Shown here: one piece after another, positions 36,502 through 44,912 of the stretch
Numbering within the stretch: position 1 is the first letter of the stretch
Layout of the letters: the number at the start of each line of letters is the position of its first letter
Virus record (IMG/VR): IMGVR_UViG_3300049433_000067
Location: 1 to 56,247 of that record
Direction: 5' to 3' (one strand)
Length of the DNA: 56,247 bases
Source of the DNA: a virus
Taxonomy: Duplodnaviria > Caudoviricetes
The notes under the pieces: model-generated
Told to the model about the DNA's origin: nothing
What the model saw: only the letters and a program-made list of their open reading frames with translations
Database searches by the model: none
Made by a program: the position numbers and the translations under genes

Positions 36502-36806
36502 CGGTCGACCTGCGTGATCGTTTCCGGCGTCTTGGGCTCGTCTGCTGCTCTCGTCTTGTCGAGGTTGTCGGCGAGGTCGCTGGCCAGCTCTGCGAGACGC
36601 CGCAGCGTGTCCGAGTCGTCGACCATCAGGACGAGGTCGGCGCCGATCCGCAGCTGAGTGGACCAGTCGCCCGAGTTGCCGATCACAACGGATCCCATCT
36701 GCAGGTCGAGCGGCAGAGTGGTCTGGTAGTTGTGCCCCGAGGCCCTGTAGACGCTGCCCGATTCGGCGCGGTGCAGGTGCGTGTACTTGCTCATCGGTCG
36801 ACCTGC
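36496..36806. repeat. 18-bp direct repeat at gene junctions (36496-36513; 36789-36806)
   Basis: gctcatcggtcgacctgc twice; both upstream genes end QVDR*. Confidence 0.85.
36498..36794 (-). CDS. Hypothetical protein
   Basis: Bounded by the 18-bp repeats. Confidence 0.6.
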   Translation of the reverse strand: MSKYTHLHRAESGSVYRASGHNYQTTLPLDLQMGSVVIGNSGDWSTQLRIGADLVLMVDDSDTLRRLAELASDLADNLDKTRAADEPKTPETITQVDR

Positions 36807-37015
36807 ACAATCGCGTCAGCACCAAGGTGCTGGACGAAGTCGGGGAACTCGTCGGTGACGAACGCGACCCCGCCCCCGGTCTCGACGTCGACCCGCTTGA
36901 CGTGTTCATCCCAGTTGGGGCGGTGCATCAGGTCGTGGGCGTGGAGTTCACCGGCCGGGATCGTGATCCGCGCGGCGATGTTCGCGTGCTGGGCTTTGAT
37001 CTGCTGTACTTGCAT
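36791..37015 (-). CDS. Hypothetical protein
   Basis: GAGGAAGG RBS. Confidence 0.6.
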   Translation of the reverse strand: MQVQQIKAQHANIAARITIPAGELHAHDLMHRPNWDEHVKRVDVETGGGVAFVTDEFPDFVQHLGADAIVQVDR

Positions 37016-37081
37016 CTGACTGGCCTTCCTCGATGGGTCTGGTCGTGGCCGTCCGGGTTCTGGTCCACCCGGGCGGCCCTT

Positions 37082-37297
37082 CTATTTCGGGGTTGCTCCG
37101 GTGGCGGCGGGCTCGGGGGGAGAACCCACCGCCACCGGACCTTTCGGGGGCGCCGCGTGCGCGATGAGGTGTTCCGCGCAGTAGCGGGTCATTGGGATGA
37201 CGGGTTGGTCGCAGCGCACCGAGACGCGTTGGCCGTGGTCGATCCAGGGAAGTCGGCCGACGCACTGGTCGAAGTGGCCGAGGGGCATCGCGCTCAT
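37082..37297 (-). CDS. Hypothetical protein
   Basis: ATGA-coupled to the HTH gene. Confidence 0.45.
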   Translation of the reverse strand: MSAMPLGHFDQCVGRLPWIDHGQRVSVRCDQPVIPMTRYCAEHLIAHAAPPKGPVAVGSPPEPAATGATPK

Positions 37298-37539
37298 GAC
37301 GCTCGCCGCCTGACGCCGGCCGGGCGCAGGTCGCCGGGGTTGGCTGGTGTGTGCGTGTGCATCTGGACGATCTGTTCGAGCTGCGCATCACTGAAATGGA
37401 TCTTGTTGGCGATGCGGGTATACGGGATACGCGACTTCTGCACGTTGTCCTGAAGCCACCTCGCGGTGAGCTGCAGACCGTGCTCGGTCAGCAGTGCCGC
37501 GGCCTCGTGGAGGCTGTGGAAGATCGGCAGGTTCGTCAT
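37294..37539 (-). CDS. Excisionase-like HTH protein
   Basis: Start 37539; HSLHEAAALL...RWL...IPYTRIANKIHFS; second gene of the early lytic operon. Confidence 0.7.
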   Translation of the reverse strand: MTNLPIFHSLHEAAALLTEHGLQLTARWLQDNVQKSRIPYTRIANKIHFSDAQLEQIVQMHTHTPANPGDLRPAGVRRRAS

Positions 37540-37784
37540 GCGACCGGCTCGCAGGTCTTCGCCGCCGGATAGGTGCACAGAGCCGCGACGGTCGTGTCGA
37601 GCGCCGCCGCGATCCGTTCCAAGTCGGTTAGCGAGAAGGGAACCTCGCCGCTGAGTCGCTTCGACAGCGCCGATTCGTGCTTGAACCCGGCACTGCGCAC
37701 GAGGTCGCGCTGCGCCCACCCGCGAGTCTTCAGCTCGTCGCGGATGATGCTGACGACGTGCTGCGTGATCGGGACTTCCTGCAT
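37536..37784 (-). CDS. Cro-like XRE HTH regulator
   Basis: Start 37784; WAQRDL..SAG...SALSKRLSGEVPFSLTDLERIAAAL; divergent from the repressor. Confidence 0.82.
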   Translation of the reverse strand: MQEVPITQHVVSIIRDELKTRGWAQRDLVRSAGFKHESALSKRLSGEVPFSLTDLERIAAALDTTVAALCTYPAAKTCEPVA

Positions 37785-37795
37785 GACGTGAAGAC

Positions 37796-37904
37796 TTCCT
37801 GTTTTAGGAAAGTCTGTCAAGTCAAAGAGAACACTTCCTTTCACGGGAAGTACTCTTAACGCCGAGTTGCCAGTTCCCGTGAGGGGAACCTAGGCTGGCC
37901 AGTA
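37796..37904. promoter_or_regulatory. Lysis/lysogeny switch: three TTCC-N7-GGAA operators and divergent promoters
   Basis: Operators at 37796, 37835, 37874; rightward TTGCCA(37867)-18-TAGGCT(37891); leftward TTGACA (37820-37815). Confidence 0.8.
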
Positions 37905-38198
37905 ATGGGCACCGAGCAGGCGCCGGCCTTGCCGGACAGCGCGGAGTTCCGGGCGGCATTGGCCGACGAACTCCGCGTCCTACTCGTCCGAAAAAAGATG
38001 ACGCAGCGCGTCGTCGCGCAACGGTTCGGCTGGCATGAGAACGCGGTGTCGAAGCGCCTGAGCGGCGAGGTGCGGTGGGACGTCTACGACCTGCTGGCCC
38101 TGTGTTACATGCTGGGTACGGACATCGGCACGGTGACCGAGGCCGCGCGGCGAGCTGCCGCCGCAGGATCCAGCGAGGACGACGCTGCCGCGCTCTAA
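37905..38198 (+). CDS. Immunity repressor (CI-like XRE HTH)
   Basis: MTQRVVAQRFGWHENAVSKRLSGEVRW; recognition helix SKRLSGE shared with the Cro-like protein. Confidence 0.8.
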   Translation: MGTEQAPALPDSAEFRAALADELRVLLVRKKMTQRVVAQRFGWHENAVSKRLSGEVRWDVYDLLALCYMLGTDIGTVTEAARRAAAAGSSEDDAAAL

Positions 38199-38285
38199 AG
38201 TGCGCGTTAAAAACCTGATTAGCGATCTTCGTCAGTGTCGTGTTAGGTCTGTAAGTTCACCTCAGCCGATCATGACGAAGGGGCG

Positions 38286-38585
38286 ATGCGTATGCGGCCG
38301 GTGAATCCATGGATAGAGCGGACGGGGACAGCAATAGCCTCGGTCGCCGGAGGGATCGGGCTACTCGTGGCCAGTTTCGCCGTCGACAACCAACCCAGCC
38401 ACGCGCTAAGCACCGCCGGCTGGGTCCTCTACATCGGCGGCGGCGGACTGTTCCTGTTTCAGGCCCTGCTGCACCACGACCGCAACTACTCACGCGGTCA
38501 CCGCGACGGCTGGCGGCTCCGCCATAAAGCCGACTCGCACCTGTCCATCGTTCCTGACGAGGACAGGCAGCGCGCCCAGCATTAG
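38286..38585 (+). CDS. Membrane protein (2 TM)
   Basis: Two hydrophobic helices; AAGGGG RBS. Confidence 0.6.
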   Translation: MRMRPVNPWIERTGTAIASVAGGIGLLVASFAVDNQPSHALSTAGWVLYIGGGGLFLFQALLHHDRNYSRGHRDGWRLRHKADSHLSIVPDEDRQRAQH

Positions 38586-38761
38586 TCTCGGCGTGCGAGG
38601 AGCCGGGCGTTCGCCCCGCCCGGCCCCCTCTCGCAGATCAACGAACACACACCGTAAATGTGACGGTCGATCTTGCCGACGTTTTCCGATCGGATCAGCA
38701 CGAAGCGGCATTTAGCGTGTCCCCTACGCCTTCATGATCACCAACCGGGCAGTCTGCGGCC

Positions 38762-39100
38762 GTGGAGGACTGGTCGCGCGTCGGCGGGCAGATCCGCGCC
38801 GCACGCCGCCGCCTCGGCTACACCGTCAAAACCCTCGCCGAAGCGACCCACCTGTCGACCCGGACCATCAACAACCTCGAACACGGCCACCAGCACAACT
38901 ACGACGACGACACCCTCGCCTTCGTGGAGGCTGCGCTCGGCTGGGACGACGGCGAGATCCGAGCCCGCGCGACCGGCCAGCGCCCCCGCCGCACCCACCC
39001 CGAGGATCTACGCCTCGTGATCAGCGCCTGGCCGAGGCTGTCCGAAGCCGATCGGCGGCTGATCGTGGCGATGGTCAGGGAGCGCCGCGGCCGCGGATGA
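38762..39100 (+). CDS. XRE-family HTH regulator
   Basis: IRAARRRLGYT...LAEATHLSTRTINNLEHG...VEAALGW. Confidence 0.85.
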   Translation: MEDWSRVGGQIRAARRRLGYTVKTLAEATHLSTRTINNLEHGHQHNYDDDTLAFVEAALGWDDGEIRARATGQRPRRTHPEDLRLVISAWPRLSEADRRLIVAMVRERRGRG

Positions 39101-39157
39101 CTGGACGCCCACCCGGGGGCGGTGGACACTGGCGCGCCAGACCATCTGGGGGGAACC

Positions 39158-39634
39158 ATGCTGGCCAAACTCGCCATGACCGTCGTCGTGCTCGCCATGG
39201 CCGCCGCGTGCAGCTCCGGGAAGCACACCGCCGCGAGCACACCGACACCCAGCCCGAGCAGCGCCTCGTCGACGCCCATCACGGACACGCCGACAGCTGA
39301 GCCCTCGCCGGCCATCGACGAGACCGGCCGCACCACCTGCGGCATGTTGAAGGCGAACCGCACACTGCAGTCAACGGTGGGGTTCATCATCGTCGCCGGG
39401 GTCGTGAACGAAGGCGACGTCCTGCCCACCGTCGACGAGTTGCAGCTCGAAGCGTCCGAGGCACCGGCCGAGTTCCAGCACGGCTTGACCAGCCTCGCTG
39501 CCGTGTTGCAGGAGATCGACGACTCGCTCGCGGCCGGCGGCGGGGACAGCATCGACACGTCATCCGTGCAGCCCAACGTGAACCTGCTGGTCGGGATGTG
39601 CCGCGCGCGGGGCGTGCCGATCCCTATGGAGTAG
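39158..39634 (+). CDS. Lipoprotein, possible superinfection exclusion
   Basis: Signal peptide with lipobox-like AAAC, then a Ser/Thr/Pro linker; lysogenic-strand location. Confidence 0.65.
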   Translation: MLAKLAMTVVVLAMAAACSSGKHTAASTPTPSPSSASSTPITDTPTAEPSPAIDETGRTTCGMLKANRTLQSTVGFIIVAGVVNEGDVLPTVDELQLEASEAPAEFQHGLTSLAAVLQEIDDSLAAGGGDSIDTSSVQPNVNLLVGMCRARGVPIPME

Positions 39635-40940
39635 CCACCCGCCGGAACGCCACCACCACATCGCTGTCGGTGTCGTCGAGCCACTCCAGGGACCGCTCGA
39701 CCGCATCGTTCACCGCGTCGTCCATCTCGGGCATCTCGTGCCCGTACCGGTCGACGGTGACCTGGATGGAGGCGTGCCCGAGCCGCTTCGAGATCACCGG
39801 CAGCGACAGGCCCTCGGCGATGAGCAGCGACGCGTAGGAGTGCCGCAGGTCATGCACCCGCGGCTCCTTCGTCAGCACGCCTTCGCACTGGCACGGGCGC
39901 GCGGCCGGCGGGCGGATCCGTTTACCGGTCTCGGCCTGCCGGGCGAGTCGCTTCGCCTTCTCCCCGACGGTCTCACCGCCTGCCTCGACGTGCTCGTCGC
40001 AGACGGAGGCCCGGGCGACGGCCGGGATCCACGCGTTGTCGTGGAACGTCGAGTTCAGCAGCTGCCCACCGAACCGGGCCGGGAACACCAGATCGTCCGC
40101 CCGGCGGCCACCGGCCAGGGGGCGTAGCGCGGCAACCAGCCGCGGGGAGAGGGTGAGCTTGCGCCGCGCACGGCGGGTCTTCGGCTCACCGACCGAGTAG
40201 GTGCCGTCGTCCTGCCGCTTCCACGCCCGCACCACCCGCGCCGCCGGCCGTTTCCCGTCGAGGACCAGGTCACCGACCCGCAGCGCGGTCGCCTCGCTGT
40301 ACCGCAGCCCCGTCGCCCACAGCAGCAGCGTCAGCGGCCGGTAGAACTCCGGGACGTGCCGGTAGATGAGCGCGAACTCGGCCGGGGTGAGGAACACCAT
40401 CTCCTCGGCCTTCACGTCGGGCAGCTCCCGCAGCTTCGACGCGAACGGGTTGTGGTCACACACCGGCGGCCGGTGCGTCATCCCGTCGGACATGATCGAT
40501 GACACCAGTCCGTGGACGTTCTGGATGGTTTTCGCGGCGAGCTCGGCGGCGATCAGCTGGTCGAGCCAGGTCGCGACGTGGGTCGCGGTGATGCCGTCGA
40601 CGGGGAGATGCCCGAGGTGCGGGTGGACGTGCCGCTTGAGGTCGCGCCGGTAGTCGGCCTTGGTGCGGTCGTTGGCCTTGGTGCGCAGGCTGATGGCTTG
40701 CTCGGCCCATTCGCGGAACGTGATGCCGGCGCCGGTCTTGGCTTCGCCGGTGTAGCCGTGGCCCTTGATCCAGCCGTGCGGCCACCGGTTGCCGGACCCT
40801 TCGACGAGTCCCCTGAACCGGTCGGCCTCCTGTGCGGTGACGAACAGTTCGGTCTGCCGGTCGGCGCGGTCGGCTTGGCGCCAGTACACCCGCCACGTCG
40901 GGCCGGTGGTCTTGTTTTCCCGCTTCTGGATTCCCGCCAT
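39624..40940 (-). CDS. int: Tyrosine integrase
   Basis: Start 40940 (MAGIQKR); TGLRYSE, HDLRH, LGH, DRYGH catalytic motifs; adjacent attP. Confidence 0.95.
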   Translation of the reverse strand: MAGIQKRENKTTGPTWRVYWRQADRADRQTELFVTAQEADRFRGLVEGSGNRWPHGWIKGHGYTGEAKTGAGITFREWAEQAISLRTKANDRTKADYRRDLKRHVHPHLGHLPVDGITATHVATWLDQLIAAELAAKTIQNVHGLVSSIMSDGMTHRPPVCDHNPFASKLRELPDVKAEEMVFLTPAEFALIYRHVPEFYRPLTLLLWATGLRYSEATALRVGDLVLDGKRPAARVVRAWKRQDDGTYSVGEPKTRRARRKLTLSPRLVAALRPLAGGRRADDLVFPARFGGQLLNSTFHDNAWIPAVARASVCDEHVEAGGETVGEKAKRLARQAETGKRIRPPAARPCQCEGVLTKEPRVHDLRHSYASLLIAEGLSLPVISKRLGHASIQVTVDRYGHEMPEMDDAVNDAVERSLEWLDDTDSDVVVAFRRVATP

Positions 40941-40997
40941 ACCGGGCATGCTAGCGCGAGGCCGGTTCCGTGGTGGTTCCGCGACTCCCCTGAGACG

Positions 40998-41028
40998 CTT
41001 ACAGCCCCCGGAAATCGGGGGCTGTAAG
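40998..41028 (-). terminator. Terminator-like hairpin following the att core
   Basis: 13-bp perfect stem cttacagcccccg / cgggggctgtaag, loop gaaat. Confidence 0.75.
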
Positions 41029-41030
41029 AG

Positions 41031-41055
41031 TGGAGGTGGCGGGAATCGAACCCGC
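41031..41055 (-). other. attP core = 3' end of tmRNA (ssrA)-like RNA
   Basis: - strand GCGGGTTCGATTCCCGCCACCTCCA: T-arm plus acceptor 3' strand with U70/A73 (Ala identity); no 5' half present. Confidence 0.8.
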
Positions 41056-41130
41056 CTGAACGGCCCGCGAACGCTCGCCTCCGTCATATCAGCCCAGCAA
41101 ATACGGGCAGTGCAGCACGGCGCCCGACAG

Positions 41131-41150
41131 CCACAGACACCCACAGACAC
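41131..41150. repeat. Tandem ccacagacac x2 in the attP arm
   Basis: Perfect 10-bp tandem repeat; candidate Xis/Int/TraB binding site. Confidence 0.5.
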
Positions 41151-41209
41151 GCGTTTGGTGCCGCATGGAACCAGGATTCTCGCGGTCGCGCGCGCAATTC
41201 GCGCGTAGT

Positions 41210-43123
41210 TCAGCCGGCGAGCTCGGCCGGGTCCTCTGTAGCCGACCACACACCGTGCCGGACCTGCACCGCGAGGCCGTCCTGTTCGAGGCGGCGCAGC
41301 GTGGACGACACGGTCGGCAGCGGCGCCCCGACCCGCTCGGCCAGCGCCCCGGTGCGGATCTGGGCGTGCTCACGGAGCTGGGCGAGGATCGCGTCGCGGG
41401 TCGACCGTGCGACGTCGTCAATGGGGGCGAGCTCGATGACGGCGGCCGGTTCCCGTTCGTCGTCGTCGCGGCGGGCGCGCCACGACGTGTAGTCCTCCCC
41501 GGCGTCCTCGGCTGCCGCCTGGTCGAGCGTCACCGACGGCGCCGGGCAGGTCGCCCAGTAGTACGGGTCCTCGACGTACTGCCCGCGCATCGGCGACACC
41601 CGGCCACCGGCCGACGCGACATACCCGAGCCCAGCCGTCGACGTGCCGTCGGGCCACTGCTCAGGCAGGTTCACCGGGTCGACCGGCAGATCCTTCGGCA
41701 TTCCCATCTTCCCCGACAGCCGGTCCGACGTGCGGAACATGACGATGTTCATCGACGACACCATCGACCGGATCGTGACGTTCCCGCCGAGCTCCCCCAC
41801 CGACGGGACCTGCGCGACGACGTCGACGGACACCCCCAGCTTGCGGCCCTTCTTCGCGATCAGGGCGATGATCCCCACACAGTCAGGGTCGTTCATGACG
41901 TCCGGGGATTCGTCGATCACGATCGTCAGCTGCGGCTCGCCCGGGGTCGGGTCGAACGCGGCGAGGCCACGCCGCTGCCGGCCCTGCTCATCGGTCCACA
42001 CGCGGCGGGCGCGGCGCTTCTTCCGCCCGTTCATGACCCGCTCGGCGGCCTGCAGCATGCGGCGGATCTCCGGCACCGACGGCGCGAACCAGTCGGCGGC
42101 GTCCTGCCAGTCGGGGACGGAGACGCCTTCCTCCGGGTCGGCGAGCCACAGCACGACGACACCGGAGTGGCGGATCTCGGTGCACAGCAGGTTGATGAAC
42201 GTCGACTTCCCGGAGCCGGTGGTGCCGGCGATCAGCCCGTGGCAGGCGCCCGAGCCGGGGGTGAACAGCCGCCAATAGGCGGTGGTGCCGTCGGCGTACA
42301 CGCCGATCGGGAACTGCCCAGTAGCGAGGTCGAGTTGCGGGCCGGTGAACATCTGCGTCGTCTGCAGAGGGTTACGGGTCAGCACGAGCAGCCGCGCCCG
42401 GTGTGCTTCCCCGGTGGCTGGTGCTTCGATGACGACCGATGTGCTGGGCACGCCGTAGGCGGAGGCGATGCGGCCGGCGGCGCTGATGGCCTCGATCGTG
42501 GTCTGCTTCCCGCCGACCAGCGCGATCGACGCGGACCAGCCGGTCGCGACCGCCGCGACGTCGTACAGCCGCGAACCGGGCAGCGCCCCGCCCGGGCCAG
42601 CGACCCGCTGCGCCCACACCTCGAACCGGTCGTCATCGTCGGGGATCTGCGTCCGGATCCGGTGATGCCACCACCACGGCACCGCGGCGGCGATGAACAG
42701 GGCGGCGAGCCAGCCCGGCATCGGCGGCCCGAACCCGATGACCGCGGTGGCCTGCAACCAGCCGAAACCGCCGAGGAACACGCCGGCGGCGTAGACCCGC
42801 TCGGCCGTCCGCCAGCCACGCCGGTGGGCACGCCACCAGGTGAGCAGCCCGAGCGGCAGCGTGAACAGTACGACGGTGTTCGGGCCGTGCGGGCTGACCG
42901 CGAACACCACACCCGCGACATACAGCAGCCCGGTAGCGACGAACGGGGCTAGCGGCCGGCGGCGGGCGAAGGAATGCCGGGCGAGCGCGCGGCTGGCCCG
43001 CCACGTCACCCGGGCTACCCCCCGCTTCCGGCCCGGCGTGCGGGTCAGGGCACGGTTCTGGGCGTGCAGCGCTCGGCGCACTGCAGCGTCGATAGCCGGG
43101 TCGGGGGCTGGCTGGCTGTGCAT
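41210..43123 (-). CDS. traB: FtsK/SpoIIIE-family conjugative DNA translocase (TraB-like)
   Basis: N-terminal TM helices; HGLIAGTTGSGKS Walker A; IVIDE Walker B; KKGRKLGVS...AQVP; C-terminal winged helix. Confidence 0.85.
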   Translation of the reverse strand: MHSQPAPDPAIDAAVRRALHAQNRALTRTPGRKRGVARVTWRASRALARHSFARRRPLAPFVATGLLYVAGVVFAVSPHGPNTVVLFTLPLGLLTWWRAHRRGWRTAERVYAAGVFLGGFGWLQATAVIGFGPPMPGWLAALFIAAAVPWWWHHRIRTQIPDDDDRFEVWAQRVAGPGGALPGSRLYDVAAVATGWSASIALVGGKQTTIEAISAAGRIASAYGVPSTSVVIEAPATGEAHRARLLVLTRNPLQTTQMFTGPQLDLATGQFPIGVYADGTTAYWRLFTPGSGACHGLIAGTTGSGKSTFINLLCTEIRHSGVVVLWLADPEEGVSVPDWQDAADWFAPSVPEIRRMLQAAERVMNGRKKRRARRVWTDEQGRQRRGLAAFDPTPGEPQLTIVIDESPDVMNDPDCVGIIALIAKKGRKLGVSVDVVAQVPSVGELGGNVTIRSMVSSMNIVMFRTSDRLSGKMGMPKDLPVDPVNLPEQWPDGTSTAGLGYVASAGGRVSPMRGQYVEDPYYWATCPAPSVTLDQAAAEDAGEDYTSWRARRDDDEREPAAVIELAPIDDVARSTRDAILAQLREHAQIRTGALAERVGAPLPTVSSTLRRLEQDGLAVQVRHGVWSATEDPAELAG

Positions 43124-43165
43124 GGTTCCTCCGGCTCGTTCCAGCGATGGGGCTGTCGACTAGGC

Positions 43166-43205
43166 CACCGGCGGGGACCGCGGGGGGTCGGTGGCCCCGC
43201 CGGTG
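43166..43205 (-). terminator. Stem-loop between the Spd-like gene and traB
   Basis: caccggcgggg / ccccgccggtg 11-bp inverted repeat. Confidence 0.5.
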
Positions 43206-43222
43206 ACGTACTCGGCAGCCGC

Positions 43223-44074
43223 TCAGGCCTGGTAGAACGACTTGTCGGCTGCGTGCGGGGTAGCGGCGTGCGCCTCCTGCATCAGGGAATGCCGGGACTG
43301 CACACCCTTCAACGCGGTCTCGGCCTGCGCGAGCTGCGCGTCGGCCGCGGACGCCCGCAGGTCGGCGGCCTTGGCGCGCTGCCCAGCGGTCTCGGACAGG
43401 GCACCCACGTCGGCGATCGTCGCCTGGTCGAGGTCGAGCGCCTCCAGCGAGGAGACCATGTTGTCGAAGCGGGTGACGTTCTCGGCGGCGCGTTTCATGT
43501 CGGCCTGCGCGTCCTCGAGCTCGGAGGCGGCGTCGGTGGCGATGTCGTTGAGTTCGCGGAGCAGCTGGTCCATGGTGAGTACTTCTCCGCCGGTGCTGCT
43601 GGTGATGGTGGCCATCGGTTCGGTTCCTTCCGTAGTGGTGTCGATCGGGTCGGTGTACGGGGTGCTGTCCCGGTCCGGTCCGGGGTCGGTGAAGGCCTCG
43701 GTCCCGGCTGGGCGGGACACATCCGGGACCGAGACGTCTGAGGCCGGCTCGCGCCGGATGTACGGGAGCGGGCCTGTCTTCTGCTCCGCGAACTGGGCGG
43801 CGTCGCGGTGCCGCTGGCGAGCCTCGGCCCACTCCGGCCACTTGCCAGCCAGCCACCGGCCGCCCGCGACGCCGGCAGTGACGCCAAGGCTGACGCCGCC
43901 GATCACGCCAGCTACGACACCACCGACCAGCCCCGCGGCAACACCGGCCACGACTCCCGCGGCGAGGCCGGCGGCGGCGCGGAACGGTGCGATCGCGTCC
44001 GGTTGCCGCTTCATCCAGCGGGAGATCGCGTACGCGGCCGCGGCCACGATCAAAATGCCAATGACTGCTTCCAT
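43223..44074 (-). CDS. Membrane + coiled-coil protein (Spd/Tra accessory-like)
   Basis: Start 44074 with AAGGAG RBS; TM helices with GxxxG repeats, then a coiled-coil C-terminus. Confidence 0.65.
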   Translation of the reverse strand: MEAVIGILIVAAAAYAISRWMKRQPDAIAPFRAAAGLAAGVVAGVAAGLVGGVVAGVIGGVSLGVTAGVAGGRWLAGKWPEWAEARQRHRDAAQFAEQKTGPLPYIRREPASDVSVPDVSRPAGTEAFTDPGPDRDSTPYTDPIDTTTEGTEPMATITSSTGGEVLTMDQLLRELNDIATDAASELEDAQADMKRAAENVTRFDNMVSSLEALDLDQATIADVGALSETAGQRAKAADLRASAADAQLAQAETALKGVQSRHSLMQEAHAATPHAADKSFYQA

Positions 44075-44088
44075 CGGGATCAAGCTCC

Positions 44089-44568
44089 TTATGCGAGGCC
44101 GAAGGCCTGGCTGATGCCCCACGCAACTACCGCGACGAGGGCTGTGACTGCGGTGTAGGCGGCGTGGCCGAGCGGGCCGGGAATGGTGCTGACGCTGACC
44201 GGGACGAGCACAGCGAGCAGCAGCGTCCAGTTGTCGACCTTGCTGTCCTTCAGCCGCACAATCAGCACGAACGTCGCGATGCCACCGAGCAGCCCGGTTA
44301 CGGCTGTGCCGGTCCATCTGGTCGTCACGTTCGCGGCGGCCTGGTTGGCCCAGTCGACGACCGAGCGGAGCCAGGCGCCGACCGGCGTGCCGAGCATTCC
44401 GGCCGCACCAGTCATGAGCAGCAGCACGGTCAGCCGTGGGGCGTGGTGGCCTGTGAACCACAGGCTGCCTGCGACGGCCAGGGCGACCAGGCCGATCAAG
44501 GCGGACACGGTGCCGTTCAGGTGCAGGCTGTTCAGGTCGGGTGCCGTGGCAGCGGCCAATTGGATCAT
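44089..44568 (-). CDS. Multi-pass membrane protein (Spd-like)
   Basis: About 5 hydrophobic helices; AAGGAG RBS; in the traB operon. Confidence 0.65.
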   Translation of the reverse strand: MIQLAAATAPDLNSLHLNGTVSALIGLVALAVAGSLWFTGHHAPRLTVLLLMTGAAGMLGTPVGAWLRSVVDWANQAAANVTTRWTGTAVTGLLGGIATFVLIVRLKDSKVDNWTLLLAVLVPVSVSTIPGPLGHAAYTAVTALVAVVAWGISQAFGLA

Positions 44569-44912
44569 GATCGTGCTCCTTCGGGGTGGGCCGCCTCGCG
44601 TACGCGTGCGCGCGGGTCACGTCCGCGCGCGCCGCCTGTGTGCGTTGGGGCCTCGAAATTGGCAGACGGTCGTGCGAAATTTGCATGCGAATATGGGTCG
44701 GGGACCAGCCCGTCTAGTAGCCCCGTGAGCAGGCGCCACGCTGCGACCTGCTCGCTGGCGGGCAGCTTCCGGATGCGTGTCCGGACGCCTTGATAGGCGA
44801 GGTGCGACTGCGCGGACGGCGTCGTCGCCGCGGCCCTACGCTCAGCCCAGAATTCGGCTTGCCGCTGGTCGCGGCGCTGAGCCCGCTCCTCGCCTCGGGT
44901 CGGCTTGGTCAT
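44565..44912 (-). CDS. Hypothetical protein in the transfer operon
   Basis: ATGA-coupled start 44912 (MTKPTRG). Confidence 0.6.
   Translation of the reverse strand: MTKPTRGEERAQRRDQRQAEFWAERRAAATTPSAQSHLAYQGVRTRIRKLPASEQVAAWRLLTGLLDGLVPDPYSHANFARPSANFEAPTHTGGARGRDPRARVREAAHPEGARS

Noticed and set aside
41031-41055. Possible tRNA/tmRNA gene
   Set aside because: Only the T-arm and 3' acceptor strand are present; interpreted as the att core
40941-41249. N-terminal extension of the integrase in the ORF track (541 aa)
   Set aside because: It would run through attP and the hairpin; ATG 40940 has its own -10 element
41210-43123. Chromosomal FtsK or type VII secretion EccC
   Set aside because: Single ATPase domain with DUF2637/Spd-like neighbours; no host cell-division or ESX genes
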